The notes beneath the pieces were generated by a model, which saw only the letters and a program-made list of their open reading frames with translations, searched no databases and was not told where the DNA came from. This document shows, piece by piece, positions 13,807 through 25,876 of a stretch of DNA of 64,000 bases. A program made the translations under genes and the position numbers. Source of the DNA: Eledone cirrhosa (taxonomy: Eukaryota); contig OZ024749.1 in NCBI GenBank assembly GCA_964016885.1, positions 6,572,001 through 6,636,000 on the forward strand. Direction: 5' to 3'. Each line of letters begins with the position of its first letter. The stretch's first letter is position 1.

Positions 13807-13921
13807 TAATTGCCTTATGTTGTTTATTACATAACTATAAAATCATATATACAGATATAAAAATTTATTTCTAAGATTTAATATTAAAGAATAAAAACTA
13901 ATGATAAAATAAATATATATT

Positions 13922-14366
13922 TTTAATGTGATGCAGTCGTAGTGGGGTTTTCTATGTTTCAAGAATTTCATGCAGATGTCGTTTCATGTGGTGGCCATTA
14001 AAACATAATTGAGAGGTATTTTTAAAAGTGAGGACTCCTGAGATTGTGTGCCCCTAATCTGTAGATATCACTTCTAACTGAAATAAAAGAGTGCTCTCTA
14101 CATGTTATATTGAATGTCTGGATATATTCCAGGCCAATATCCAATGTAAGTAATAAGATGTTCACTAAGCTTTCCCGTATCTTGCCGTGTGTCTTACAGG
14201 ACTGGCTTTGACACTTCCTCTTTTAGATATCGTGCATAACATCTTGATAGATGCAGTCAATGCTCTCTTACCTTCTCAAATATGTTTTAATGGCCACCAC
14301 ATGAAACGACATCTGCATGAAATTCTTGAAACATAGAAAACCCCACTACGACTGCATCACATTAAA
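13922..14366. repeat. ~96-bp inverted repeat pair (13922-14018 / 14269-14366) with ~250-bp spacer
   Basis: Direct comparison: about one mismatch and one indel. Confidence 0.9.
14200..14336 (+). CDS. Candidate terminal exon (phase 1), (R)LALTLPLLDIVHNILIDAVNALLPSQICFNGHHMKRHLHEILET*
   Basis: gtcttacag acceptor; phase compatible with exon 6771-6990; open to TAG at 14334-14336; may instead be element-derived. Confidence 0.33.
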
Positions 14367-15542
14367 TATTAAGGATTGGAGTAACCGTAAATCATCAGAG
14401 AATATTCTTTGTAGCAAAGAGTTATAGCCCTTTGGGGTCTGAGTTTGAATCCAACAGATGTTTGCTTTGCCTTTCATCCTTACAGAGGTAGATAAAATAA
14501 AGTTCCAGCAATGCAATGAGGTTGATTTGATCGACCTTTGCCTCCCCTAAAATTCTAGGCCTTCTGCCTAAATCAGAAATCATTAAATATCAACGTGTTT
14601 ACTCTAATAATACAAATGTTCACCATGATCTGTCCAACAGTAAAGATACTATAAACATTTAAATTAACAAACACATTTTTAGATATTTTGGGCTACAGAT
14701 ATTACAGGATATTCAGGGTGAAGAAAATATTCATTAAAAGTACAGAACAATACTTTGACAGCATCACATTAACAATTAAAATAATCTTTACGCTCCCTCA
14801 GCAAATGTTCACAATGGTCTGTTCCCTAGTAAAGACAGTATAAATATTTGAATAAACCAACCTCTTTTTAGATATTTTCCACTAAATCCTTACAGAATGT
14901 TAAGACTTACAACAACAACCACAGAAGTGGCAACACAAACAAAATCAACAACAAAAAAAAGAGAAAAAAAAAAAAAAACAATATGTAAAAATCTAAAAAA
15001 TGAACTATATCTTTTGAAAGATTCGCTAAAATATTCAGAATTTGAGCATAATTTTCAGATTCAAACGAGATTTTCCACGACAATCAGAAAGAAAAAAAAT
15101 TGACACCTTTTCGATTTACTACCATCTAACTGTACATATACCGATTCCACTTAATAGCCATGCTAGCTGCTGAGAAATATAGTAATGTAACAGCGGGAGA
15201 GAAAGAGGAGGTAATTTTTGGATAATGCTGACGTGAAAAATATCACTTAGCATTGAAAATACAGAAGAATAGGTAAGAGAAACTTACCAAATATTTAAAT
15301 TGCTGCAAGAATTATGATTTGCAAAAAGGTCTTTTACAAGCTGACTGTGTTAAAATAATGATGGTAAATTATTCCAGAGAAAAGATTTCGAAGAAATGTT
15401 CTTAACTAAAGCAATTTAACAATTTTTCTCCTGTATAAATAACAATATTCAAAATCTAATATTTATCTACCTATTCCTTTCTCTCTCTCTGTGTTTGTGT
15501 GTGTAGAAAGATATATATATAAATATATATATGTATATATAT

Positions 15543-15828
15543 ATTAGAAAGTGCGTTTTTTTTTACAAAATGAAAAATAACCGAGGTGTCCTGCACGAGC
15601 GAAAGTATAAAGAAAAAAAGATGAAATGGAAAATGCAAATGCGGTCTTATTTTTTTTATAATATATATATTTATTTGGTTCCTTTACCGGTTTAAACCAC
15701 AGACCCTCCATCTCAATTCCACTTTTGAAAAGCAGAAGAAATGCGAAACCGGTAAAAGAACCAAATAAATATATATATATATTTAAAAATAAGACTCCAG
15801 TTGCATTTTCGATTTCATCTTTCTTTCT
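15543..15828. mobile_element. Asymmetric palindromic HHR-variant element (family of 8996-9355)
   Basis: Same arms; cttttgaaaagcagaagaaatgcgaaaccggtaaa in the right arm. Confidence 0.75.
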
Positions 15829-16173
15829 GTATCATCATCATCATCATCACCGTTTTACGTCCGTTCTTCCACGCTAGCATGGGTTAGACGGGTTGTCCTG
15901 TTGTGTGCAGTGTCTGGTCGGCTGACCATGCCTTGCTCATACAGGAACTGATCTGGCTTGATTTCTACAGCTGGATGCCCTTCCTAACACCAACCTCATT
16001 TACAGTGAGTGCTGGGTGCTTTTTCGTGGCGCCTACACGTCCACTTTACAGTGTGGGCTGGGTGCTTTTTTGCCGTGGCACCTCCATGACCACCTTGCGG
16101 TGGGGGGTGTGGGGGCATATTGTTTATATGCTTCAGCATGTATATATATATATTCAGCATGTATATATATATA

Positions 16174-16433
16174 TTCCAGTATCAACAATACTGGAATTGA
16201 ACTATCAAGACCTTAGCGGCATGTCATATATCAAATCATATATTTTGTCTGATGAGGACGTACTGAAAAAACAACACAGTACCTTTGAAATATATATTCT
16301 GATTATGAGAATATTTTTAATTTGTTAATATTTTGAATAATATTAAAAACTCCAGGAAAACACTTGTTGAGTGCTTCTAATCTATTGTAAAATTGTATTC
16401 ATTGAGTAATCAACGAACCATATTAATCTTTGG

Positions 16434-16436
<3 letters not shown>
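16174..16436 (+). mobile_element. HHR-bearing Penelope-like terminal fragment (family of 45328-45760); HHR 3' stem I deleted
   Basis: CTGATGA at 16249, GAAA at 16287; tail matches 45615-45760. Confidence 0.65.
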
Positions 16437-16476
<40 letters not shown>

Positions 16477-16554
16477 GATTCAGGAACCTAACAGCTGTGC
16501 TCTGGCTGTTTCGACAGCTAGACCATGTTTGGTCTTTGTTATATATATATATAT

Positions 16555-16586
<32 letters not shown>

Positions 16587-16901
16587 CCATCATCGTTTAA
16601 CGTCCATCTTCCACGCTTGCATGGGTTCAGATTGGAGTTTTCCCACTTGAGGCTAGAGTGGTTGTCTCGCTCGCATAGGACTGTCTGGCGGGTTTTCTAC
16701 GGCTGGGTGCCCTTCCTAACACCAACCACGTTTACAGTGTGGGGCTGGGAGGTTTTTACCGTGTTACCTACACGGCCACATTACAGCGGGGACTGTGTGT
16801 TCTTTTTGTTGTGACACCTACACGACCTCATTTGTTTTGGGCTGGATGTTGTGGTACCAACATAACTTTACATTGAAATATATATATATATATATAATAT
16901 A

Positions 16902-16941
<40 letters not shown>

Positions 16942-17153
16942 ATTAAGTTAAGAATGTACATCCACATATGTATACTGAAATACTAGTATTCATATGCATA
17001 CTAGTATTTCAGTATACATATGTGGATGTACATTCTTAACTTAATTGTTTAAGCGTCAGTCATACAAAAGTGAGTTACAAACGAAACAAAATTTAATTTC
17101 GTTTCGTTATTTGTTTTTATCGTCTCCGCTGAACCGGTACGTACTCACGCTCT

Positions 17154-17200
17154 ATGCAAATTAGTCTGCCCACTACTAATTTTCATAGAAAAAGCATATA
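17154..17200 (+). promoter_or_regulatory. Putative snRNA-type promoter module (octamer, PSE-like, TATA-like)
   Basis: ATGCAAAT..taattttcatagaaaaagcatata; same order at 11515-11562; octamer also at 34426-34433. Confidence 0.35.
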
Positions 17201-17246
17201 ACGATATGTGCTTTTACGATTCTCTAGAAAGGCCGGAAGATAGGTA

Positions 17247-17291
17247 AATATTGCTGATGAGATGTAACAACATCGAAACTAGTCCAATATT
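17247..17291 (+). ncRNA. Canonical minimal type I hammerhead ribozyme (GUC cleavage triplet)
   Basis: aatattg-CTGATGA-gatgt aaca acatc-GAAA-ctag-TC-caatatt; perfect stems I and II. Confidence 0.93.
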
Positions 17292-18274
17292 CCTGTCTGG
17301 CTTTCTGGAGAATAGAGGAAAGGTGTTTCCTCGAAAACCAGTATGACTCTAAAAACCGTTTTGTCTGTGTGTTTACATACAGAATAGCTGGACACTCACA
17401 GTAAAGTGTCCAGTGAAAAACTCGGTACATCTACATATGTACACGTGTGTGTATTCATATGCATACTAGTATTTCAGTATACATATGTGGATGTACATTC
17501 TTAACTTAATTGTTTAAGCGTCAGTCATACAAAAGTGAGTTACAAACGAAACGAAATTTAATTTCGTTTCGTTATTTGTTTTTATATAATATATATATAT
17601 ATATAATATATATATATATAATATATATATATATATATAATATATATATATATATATAATATATATTTTTAACCCGTCTGTTGAGAACTCTAATTCGATA
17701 TGTGATATTTTGTATTTTTACAATAATATACAATACTGAATTCATTCGCCTAATATAGGGGTTCCCTCCCTTGCTAGACCCCACGTGGATTTAGTAACGG
17801 GTTCCCTTGTATTATTGAACTAAACGCCTGTTGAAAAAGTGGTTTCCTTGTTCATCATCTTACCAGAAGCTGGATATTTTTTATGTAAGCTGACGGTAAC
17901 TGATTTAGGAGCCGCAGAAACCCAAATGCAGGAATTTACCATCTTTCAGGGGTCCGGGTAAATTTTCATTCATATATATTTTTATTTGTCTGACCCGAAT
18001 TTTCTTGGTCGTGTTTTCGGCTGTGCGAATGATTGTTTGAGCATCGTCTCTGTGTTGGTATTAAACGTTAGTTATAGCTCTTGTTTATCCAAACTATTGA
18101 GCACTTTGCCACACATTTCGAAGATTGTGTTTCGTTATTTCATGGGCCGAGGTTCCGATTCTCGATAATTTATTTGTTTTTATATAATATATATTATATA
18201 TATTATATATATTAAATATATAAAATATATATATATATATATATATAATATATATAATATATATATATAATATA

Positions 18275-18975
18275 ATGTGAAGTTATGTTGGTACCACAAC
18301 ATCCAGTCCAAAACAAATGAGGTCGTGTAGGTGTCACGACAAAAAACACACAGTCCACGCTGTAATGTGGCCGTGTAGGTAACACGGTAAAAACCGCCCA
18401 GTACACACTGTAAACGTGGTTGGTGTTAGGAAGGGCATCCAGCCGTAGAAAACCCTCCAGACGTGTAGGTGTCACGACAATAAAACACAGTCCACGCTGT
18501 AATGTGGCCGTGTAGGTAACACGGGAAAAACCTCCCAGACCCACACTGTAAACGTGGTTGGTGTTAGGAAGGGCATCCAGCCGTAGAAAACCCGCCAGAC
18601 GTGTAGGTGTCACGACAATAAAAGACAGTCCACGCTGTAATGTGGCCGTGTAAGTAACACGGGAAAAACCTCCCAGTCCACACTGTAAACATGGTTGGTG
18701 ATAGGAAGGGCATCCAGCCGTAGAAAACCCGCCAGATGTGTAGGTGTCACGACAATAAAACACAGTCCACGCTGTAATGTGGCCGTGTAAGTAACACAGG
18801 AAAAACCTCCCAGTCCACACTGTAAACGTGGTTGGTGTTAGGAAGGGCATCCAGCCGTAAAAAACCCGCCAGACAGTCCTGAGCAAGACAACCAATCTTG
18901 CCTCAAGTGGGACAATTGCCGTCCAGACCCATGCTAGCGTGGAAAATGGACGTTAAACGATGATGATGATGATGA
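18275..18975 (+). mobile_element. SINE body with internal ~138-bp unit amplified about 4 times
   Basis: gtgtaggtgtcacgac recurs at ~18325, 18464, 18601 and 18738; explains ORF 18212-18895. Confidence 0.88.
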
Positions 18976-19281
18976 ATATATATAATATATATATATATAT
19001 AATTGTTTCTACTATTGGCACAAGGCCAGAAATTACCCAGTTCATTACTGGTACTTTATTTTATCGACCCCGTAAGGATGAAAGGCAAAATGAAAACACA
19101 CACGCACATAAAACAAACAACCAACCAGTAACATGTAAATAAACAAATAGATCAACAAATATAAACATACACAGACACCCGGATGTAACACATGCGCAAA
19201 CTAAGCACACAACACACACAAAAACAAGATGGCGTAGGACAGAACAAAGGAGAGGCACACAAACAAAGAAAAGAATCCCCA

Positions 19282-19324
19282 GTCATTGAAGAGGTCACAT
19301 AATGTGTGACGAAAGAACTTTGAC
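19282..19324 (+). ncRNA. Hammerhead ribozyme variant (U3)
   Basis: gtca-TTGAAGA-ggtcacataatgtgtgac-GAAA-gaac-TT-tgac. Confidence 0.6.
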
Positions 19325-19507
19325 AATATATAAACAATCATCCGGTTGTGGAACCAACCAACCAACCGGAAATTTATAAATTTATAAATTTATTATAATA
19401 AATTGAAGTGAAAGCAACTGGTGCATGTGTTTCTTATTGGTAACATGACCCTCCCAAAGTATAACTATATATATATATATTTTTTTTTTCTTATTTTTGT
19501 ACGTATA

Positions 19508-19690
19508 TAATTGTTTCTACTTTTTGGCACAAGGCCAGCAATTACTCAGTACATTACTGGTACTTTATTTTATCGACCCTGTAAGGATGAAAGGCAAAGT
19601 TAACCTCGGCGGGATTTGAACTCAGACTGTAAAGGGAAGTAACTATGCTAGATAGCATGGCGTCCAACCCTCTACCGATACTGCCAATTC
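19508..19690 (-). mobile_element. Family A SINE
   Basis: Full reverse-complement copy. Confidence 0.85.
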
Positions 19691-20320
19691 ACCGAAGTCA
19701 TATTAGTGCATGAAAAAACGTCACTGTTTTGATGCCTCTTGTTTTATGGAAGTGTCAAATTTTGGCCTTGAAATCTAGGGTAATGTCTTTGTTCCAATGT
19801 ATCCATGTATGAATATATATGTATATATGTATATTTATGAAAATAACAGATTAAAGTTTAAGCAAAGAATCGCTGCTTTCACCCTTAACGGGATCTTCTG
19901 AAACTAAAGAAATCAATATGTGAATGCAGAAGTAAATATTTCAAAAAAAGTTGCAACCGAAGGAAAACAGGAAGATGATACTTTGACGTTCCCTGGCAAT
20001 GAATGGAAAAAAGCGAAGATAATATGTTGTTATGTGGAGCGATGAGAGCAAATACACGCAAAAACAAATCCACGTTTATGGTATAGATGGAGTCATAGAC
20101 TAATATTCTATTTGCTCTAGGGTTCTTATATATTTGATATATATTTATCCTTATCGAGCCCTCTTTGGATTTTAGTCTTCACATTTATTATTATTACTAT
20201 TATTATTATTTTTATTATTATTATTATTACTATATATATGTATATATAAATTTGTTTTGCAAGGTTTTTGATATGAAATCATGTGTTGAAACAAATATTT
20301 TTATACTTGGGGAGGGTCAT

Positions 20321-20820
20321 ATTGTTGTAATACCATTGCCAGAAATAACAACAGAACACACTCACTGTTTCGTTGGTTTTTGCTTCTGCATCTTTTATAT
20401 CTCCATAGTTAATTCATTTGGCCATCAATGTTTGTCATTGACTGACCAATGAATGATAAAAAATACAGATATAAATACACATACATATAGTCTAACAAAA
20501 TTCTTTCGTTGCACATCTGCGACATCATCAATGGTACTATTATCATTTTTCTTCCTATTGTGTTGTATTTACGCCATTTTTATTTTATAAAGAAATTTTA
20601 TTTTATAAAATAAAAATGGCGTGCAACAAAAGAACTTTGTTAGACTATATATATATATTTATATCTGTATTTTTGACCCTTGGTCATCAATATTGATGGC
20701 CAAATGAATTAACTGTGGAGATATAAAAGATGCAGAAGCAAAAACCAACCAAACAGTGAGTGTGTTCTGTTGTTATTTCTGGCAATAGTATTACAACAAT
20801 ATGACCCTCCCCAAGTATAA
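20321..20820. mobile_element. ~500-bp imperfect palindromic element with a decayed HHR in the left arm (minus strand)
   Basis: 20321-20447 inverse of 20680-20820; 20460-20515 inverse of 20621-20675; central hairpin 20571-20622; end motif atgaccctccc.aagtataa also at ~19445. Confidence 0.75.
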
Positions 20821-20907
20821 CAATATGTATATATATATATATATACACATATAAATACATATGTATATATATATATATGTATGTATATATGTATGTATAT
20901 ATGATAT

Positions 20908-21470
20908 CCTGTCTCATGGTCGGGTCGTTGGCGTCTAAACTGGCAACCCCACCAATGTTTCTTGGTGAGGAGGGTGACTTAGGACATCCTGCAGGACTAA
21001 AAAAAAAACCTGTCAAAGGGCAAAAGAGCTCTTAAGAGTCAATGGCCATCCAAAATCACCAGGAGAGATGACCCCTTAGCCTTTGTCAAGGCAGAATTCT
21101 AGGAGAAGGAAAACTCTGATATAACACCTGCAACCCTGATGGTATCCAATGATGTTGACTTGTTCTTCTTTTTGGTAAATATCATCTTGGTTAAGAGAGT
21201 GGGACTGGCTTTGTGCAGTGCCTTTGCTCACTATAAAAGCTTCACGGCACAGGCATTGCTTTATATCTGGAGATCTCTCTGCACTTGTCATCACATGGTA
21301 CCATGGGCCCAGCACTATGTGTCAATAATTGTCACAAGTGTAGTGTTTGTACCAGAGTTTTCAAGCCGCTGGCTGGACTAAAAAGTCACACTCGTTCAGC
21401 GCATCGGTAGGGGTTCTCCTACATGGATATAAAGTAGTGGCCGTACTCGAAAACGAGTTGGCAGCCACCA
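20908..21470 (+). mobile_element. Second copy of the RTE-derived bipartite element
   Basis: Collinear with and highly similar to 5165-5732. Confidence 0.75.
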
Positions 21471-21519
21471 TATATGTTATATATATATATATATATATAA
21501 AAACATATATATACAAATC

Positions 21520-21700
21520 ATTATCATCATCATCATTTTACGTCTGCTTCTCCCTGCTTACAAGGGTGGGACAAGTCCTATTCAGCACAGCATCTCTCCA
21601 CTTGTCACAGTCCTTTGTCATCTCCTCTGTGAGCTTCAGCGATCTGAGGTCTGCTCGCACCTCCTCCACCCATGTACTTTGTGGTCTTCCTCTACTGTGT
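21520..21700 (-). mobile_element. RTE LINE extreme 3' fragment
   Basis: RGRPQSTWVEEVRADLRSLKLTEEMTKDCDKWRDAVLN; matches 13075-13235. Confidence 0.88.
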
Positions 21701-21759
21701 CTATACATGTACAAATATCGACACACACACATATATGTATGTATACACACATATATTCA

Positions 21760-22025
21760 TGGAGGGAGGTAGCCAAGTGGTGAGGCTGGTCATAATGTAG
21801 TGGGTTCGATTATTGGTTTGTGTGTTGTGTTCTTCAGCAAAACACTTCATTTCACGTTGCTCCAGTATACTCAGCTGTAAATGAGTACCAGCAATAGCTG
21901 GAGGTTTAACCCTGCGATGGACTTGCGTCCTGTCCAGGGGGAAGTCTTGTACTCTCAGTCACTTCACACCATGAAACCGGGATAAGCACCGGCCAAATGA
22001 GCCTTCTGGCTTAAGACAGACTTTA
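21760..22025 (+). mobile_element. tRNA/CORE-like SINE with a different tail
   Basis: gggttcgatt, cagcaaaacacttcatttcacgttgctccagtatactcagctgtaaatgag. Confidence 0.7.
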
Positions 22026-22081
22026 GGATTAGATATAATATTCTGTTGAAGAAATATAAATGATAGTAGGGAGAAACTTAC

Positions 22082-22270
22082 ATTTCCCTTGTATTATTCC
22101 TACACCATCTGCTTCAATGTCTTCAGAATCCCAAACACGTTGACACACAATCATGATACACTATACAGCTTGACTGATTAATATGATTGATTCTAAAGCA
22201 TCTCTTGAAATCTCTTCTTGAGACAAATCTCCTTGAGAATATTTCACTGCTATAGGATATCTAGAATATT
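22082..22270 (-). other. Exon-like segment (189 nt, phase 1/1) with a single in-frame TAG
   Basis: tttcttccctttcattacacAG acceptor, GTAAGT donor; YSRYPIAVKYSQGDLSQEEISRDALESIILISQAV*CIMIVCQRVWDSEDIEADGVGIIQGK. Confidence 0.42.
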
Positions 22271-22672
22271 CTGTGTAATGAAAGGGAAGAAACAATAACC
22301 GTTGTTGTTGTTGTTTCATGCCAGTCTAGCACTACTCCTCAGCATGTCTAAATATATATATATATATATTAACCTGCCATTGAACCACATTGGCATATGG
22401 TTGGACAATACATGTGTCCCTAACCGCTTTGTGCGTGTAGGAACATATACTCTATTATTAATCTCCTCTTGGTTGAGAAAAAAAATTTGGTCGCTCTGAC
22501 TGCTGCTAGTTATAGCGGTAGCCGACTGACCTCCCTGCCTCCGCCTCTATCTTTACACTCAGCCCTTGAAAAAATTGATTCCACTTCATTTTCTCTCATC
22601 TCGGGAACAATTTTGAATAGCACCAGTTCGTAATTTGAATTCGGGAATTTTATATTCTTCGAATGAAAAGAT

Positions 22673-22754
22673 CCTTCTGATGAGAGTTTTTCTTTGCAAC
22701 GAATGCCGTATGGACTCAGTTTATTTTTGAGACTCCAAACCGATTCGGTAAAGG
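22673..22754 (+). ncRNA. Hammerhead motif with G12>C (probably inactive)
   Basis: cctt-CTGATGA-gagtttt..gagactc-CAAA-ccgattcgg-TA-aagg. Confidence 0.65.
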
Positions 22755-22884
22755 TAAGTATACTAAGTAAAGTTAATTTTTAAAAATTTATTTTGAATCT
22801 TTTTCTTATTTGCTAAACCTTGATTATATATAGAAATATATATATATGTTATATATGTATTATATATATATATATATATACATA

Positions 22885-23229
22885 TCATCATCATCATCAT
22901 TTCATTTTACGTCCGCATTCTCCCTGCTTGCAAGGGTGGGACGGGAACTGATCCTGGCTTGATTTCTACAGCTGGATGCCCATCCTAACACCAACCTCAT
23001 TTACAGTGAGTGCTGGGTGCTTTTTTTCCATGGCACCTCCACGACCACTTTGCAGTGGAATGATAGGGACCCCAGTCCTTATCATCTCATTTCTACAGCT
23101 GAGTAAACTGGAGCAATGTGAAATAAAGTGTCTTGCTCAAGGACACAAGACATTACCCGGTCTGAGAATTGAACTCACAACCTTTCGATTGTAAGGCCAA
23201 TGCTCTAACCACTAAGGCATGTGCCTCCA
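22885..23229 (-). mobile_element. Family B SINE, full length
   Basis: Reverse complement of 24879-25215. Confidence 0.9.
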
Positions 23230-23236
23230 TATATAT

Positions 23237-23993
23237 ATGGAAGCCAGTCAGAGTATAGCTTAAAGCTTTCTTTGTTAATGTATTGAATATTATACTCTTG
23301 ATTTGGCCTGAGATGAATATTTCCAGATACCTTTTAAGCGTAACTTTCCGTATTTATTATTACTATGAAATCATATCTCTGTTTTTAGCCTAAGAAAATA
23401 CCTATTTGCGTGTATAAATAATACATGCATATATTTATTTTTTAAAAAATCTAATTGCGTTCTTCACACGCAAGGTTAAAATTGTTGAAAAAATTAATTG
23501 ACCCGCGTGTATATTATTTTACTTCCTTGTGTTTCGCGATGACCTCCCCTTTCCGCTTGATGACAGTGTGAGATTCCTCATTCTGAGACTGCTGGAATTT
23601 CAAATTTGGCGGTCATTCTGATACGGAGAGAGACCATCGCTGACATGGGATTAGACATCGGTAATAGAGCTTTTTTTATATCAATGTTTGACGGGCATCC
23701 ACTGATGATTTATAAGTGCCCACCTGCATATATTCCTATGGAATATGTGAAGGCTTCTACATAACCCGGACACATTCTCCCAACTTGTAGAAAACTTATA
23801 ATGAAACAATTGTTTGGAAAGGGAGATATATTTTAATTATGTCTCATATAAAATAATACAACTGGCCTTCCGCAAAATACATATAGTTAGCACCCCAAAC
23901 GTAAAATTGGGATTATACTAAGGTATATCCTAATGTTTGTTGAGTGAGATGGAAGCCAGTCAGAGTATAGCTTAAAGCTTTCTCTGTTAATGT

Positions 23994-23997
<4 letters not shown>
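23237..23997 (+). mobile_element. ~712-bp HHR-bearing element with 49-bp terminal direct repeats, between (TA)n
   Basis: atggaagccagtcagagtatagcttaaagctt..gttaatgtattg at 23237-23285 and 23949-23997. Confidence 0.75.
23698..23818 (+). ncRNA. Type I hammerhead with extended, branched stem II
   Basis: tcca-CTGATGA-tttataagt[atattcc/ggaatat; ttctaca/tgtagaa]acttataat-GAAA-caattg-TT-tgga. Confidence 0.78.
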
Positions 23998-24055
<58 letters not shown>

Positions 24056-24181
24056 CACAGGCATGACTCTGTGTTTAAGGAGTTAGTTTTGTACCCGAGG
24101 TAATTCAAGTTCACTGCTACTGCATGGCACATTGGGTAAGTATCTACTAATGCAACCTTTGACTGACCAATATAGTATGCA

Positions 24182-24388
24182 TTGGCAGTATTGGTAAAGG
24201 GTCGGATGCCATGCTTTGCAGCATAGAGTTACTGCCCTTTATGATCTGAGTTCAAATCCCGCTGAGGTTAACTTTGCCTTTCATCCTTACGGGGTCGATA
24301 AAATAAAGTACCAGTCACGCACTGGGGTCGATCTCATCAACTTCCCCCTCCCCCCAAATTGCTGGCCTTGTGCCTATATAAGAAACTA
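24182..24388 (+). mobile_element. Family A SINE
   Basis: A/B boxes plus core and tail. Confidence 0.85.
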
Positions 24389-24878
24389 ATCTAGTATGCA
24401 CCACTTCTCCTACCTTCCCCTCTCTCTCCAAACACCTACCAGTTCATTACACCCCACCCCACATCCACATCCCCTAGATCTACCTCCCCAAGCACCTTCC
24501 ACACCCCAGCCCCCAGTCCTCACTTTAAATATAGGTATCGTGACAAAAAGCATCCAGTCCACAGTGTACGGTGGTTCTTTTGTTGCCGTGACATAAAGTG
24601 CTCAAACCACTCTGAAAAGTGTTTGTGTAGGTGTCACAAGAAAAGGCACCCAGCCCTCACTGTAAAGTGGTCATGTACTTGACATGACAACAAGCACCCA
24701 ATACACACTGAAAATGTGGTTGGCATTAGGAAGGGCATCCAGACAAGGAAACCAAGATAAAATCAGTTCAGTATGAGCAAGAGATAATCATGTGATCTGG
24801 CTTGTGTCACAAAGGGACAACTCGTACAGCCCATTCTAGCATGGAAAAATGGACATCAAACTGTGATTATATATATAT

Positions 24879-25215
24879 GGAGGCACATGGCTTAGTGGTT
24901 AGAGCATTGACCTTGCAATCGAAAGGTTGTGAGTTCAATTCTCAGACCGGGTGATGTGTTGGTTCCTTGAGCAAGACACTTTATTTCACATTGTTCCAGT
25001 TTACTCAGCTGTAGAAATGAGATGATAGGGACTGGGGTGCCTATCATTCCACTGCAAAGTGGTCGTGTAGGTGCCACGGCAAAAAAGCACCCAACACTCA
25101 CTGTAAATGAGGTTGGTGTTAGGAAGGGCATCCAGCTGTAGAAATCAAGCCAGAATCAGTTCCCGTCCCACCCTTGCAAGCAGGGAGAAAGCGGACGTAA
25201 ATTGAAATGATGATG
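24879..25215 (+). mobile_element. Family B SINE, full length
   Basis: ggaggcacatggcttagtggttagagc head through cggacgtaaattgaaatgatgatg tail. Confidence 0.9.
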
Positions 25216-25520
25216 AAAAAATGATGATATATATCACAGAAAAAAGAGAATCAGTGTTGCGACAAAAGGCATTTATTGGACATATTACAATTGTTTCTTG
25301 GGCGACCAGCTCGAGGCACGATAGATATGGTGATCAAACCTGACTCTGAAATTGCACGGTCCTCGGATACATCTCGATTCTACGAAGCAGATTTTCCTAT
25401 TATATATATATATATATATTTAGGGATTGTAATGTTCAGTTACTGTAGGTGCAGCAAAGTGAGCACTTGATGCATAGTTTCCAGTAAGTGTAGAGGTGTA
25501 GAATTAAGTAGTGTGTAATA

Positions 25521-25862
25521 ATAATTGTTTCTACTTTTGGCACAAGGCCAGCAATTATCCCAGTGCATTACTGGTACTTTATTTTATCGACCCCATCAGG
25601 ACGAAAGGCAAAGTTAACCTCGGCGAGATTAGAACTCAGATCGTAAAGGCCCATAACGCCATACTGCAAAGCATGGCATCCAACCCTCTAGTGTGTTATG
25701 ATAATTGTTTCTACTTCTGGCACAAGTACCATTACTGGTACTTTATTTTATCGACCCCGAAAGGATGAAAGGCAAAGTTAACCTTGGCAGGATTTGAACT
25801 CAGATCGTAAAGGGACGTAACTATACTGGAAAGCATATGTGACCCTCTACCTATACTGCCAA
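25521..25862 (-). mobile_element. Two tandem family A SINE copies
   Basis: Repeated ataattgtttctactt..ctggtactttattttatcgaccc..aaaggcaaagttaacct. Confidence 0.85.
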
Positions 25863-25876
25863 TAACGGATGATCTG

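Larger units (their letters stand above)
13588..13838. mobile_element. Near-perfect 250-bp palindrome with mirror HHRs
   Basis: Centre ggatttt|aaaatcc at 13713/13714; ~125-bp arms. Confidence 0.9.
16941..17585 (+). mobile_element. Retrozyme-like/mini-Penelope element, 465-bp unit with 135-bp terminal direct repeats and inverted flap
   Basis: 16986-17120 repeated at 17451-17585; 16941-16989 is the inverse of 16998-17046; (TA)n flanks. Confidence 0.8.

Noticed and set aside
15288-15430. Minus-strand exon with GTAAGT donor
   Set aside because: The best acceptor gives stops in all frames; only a 57-nt alternative is open
22745-22760. aag|GTAAGT donor site
   Set aside because: Coincides with the 3' strand of HHR stem I; no supported exon upstream
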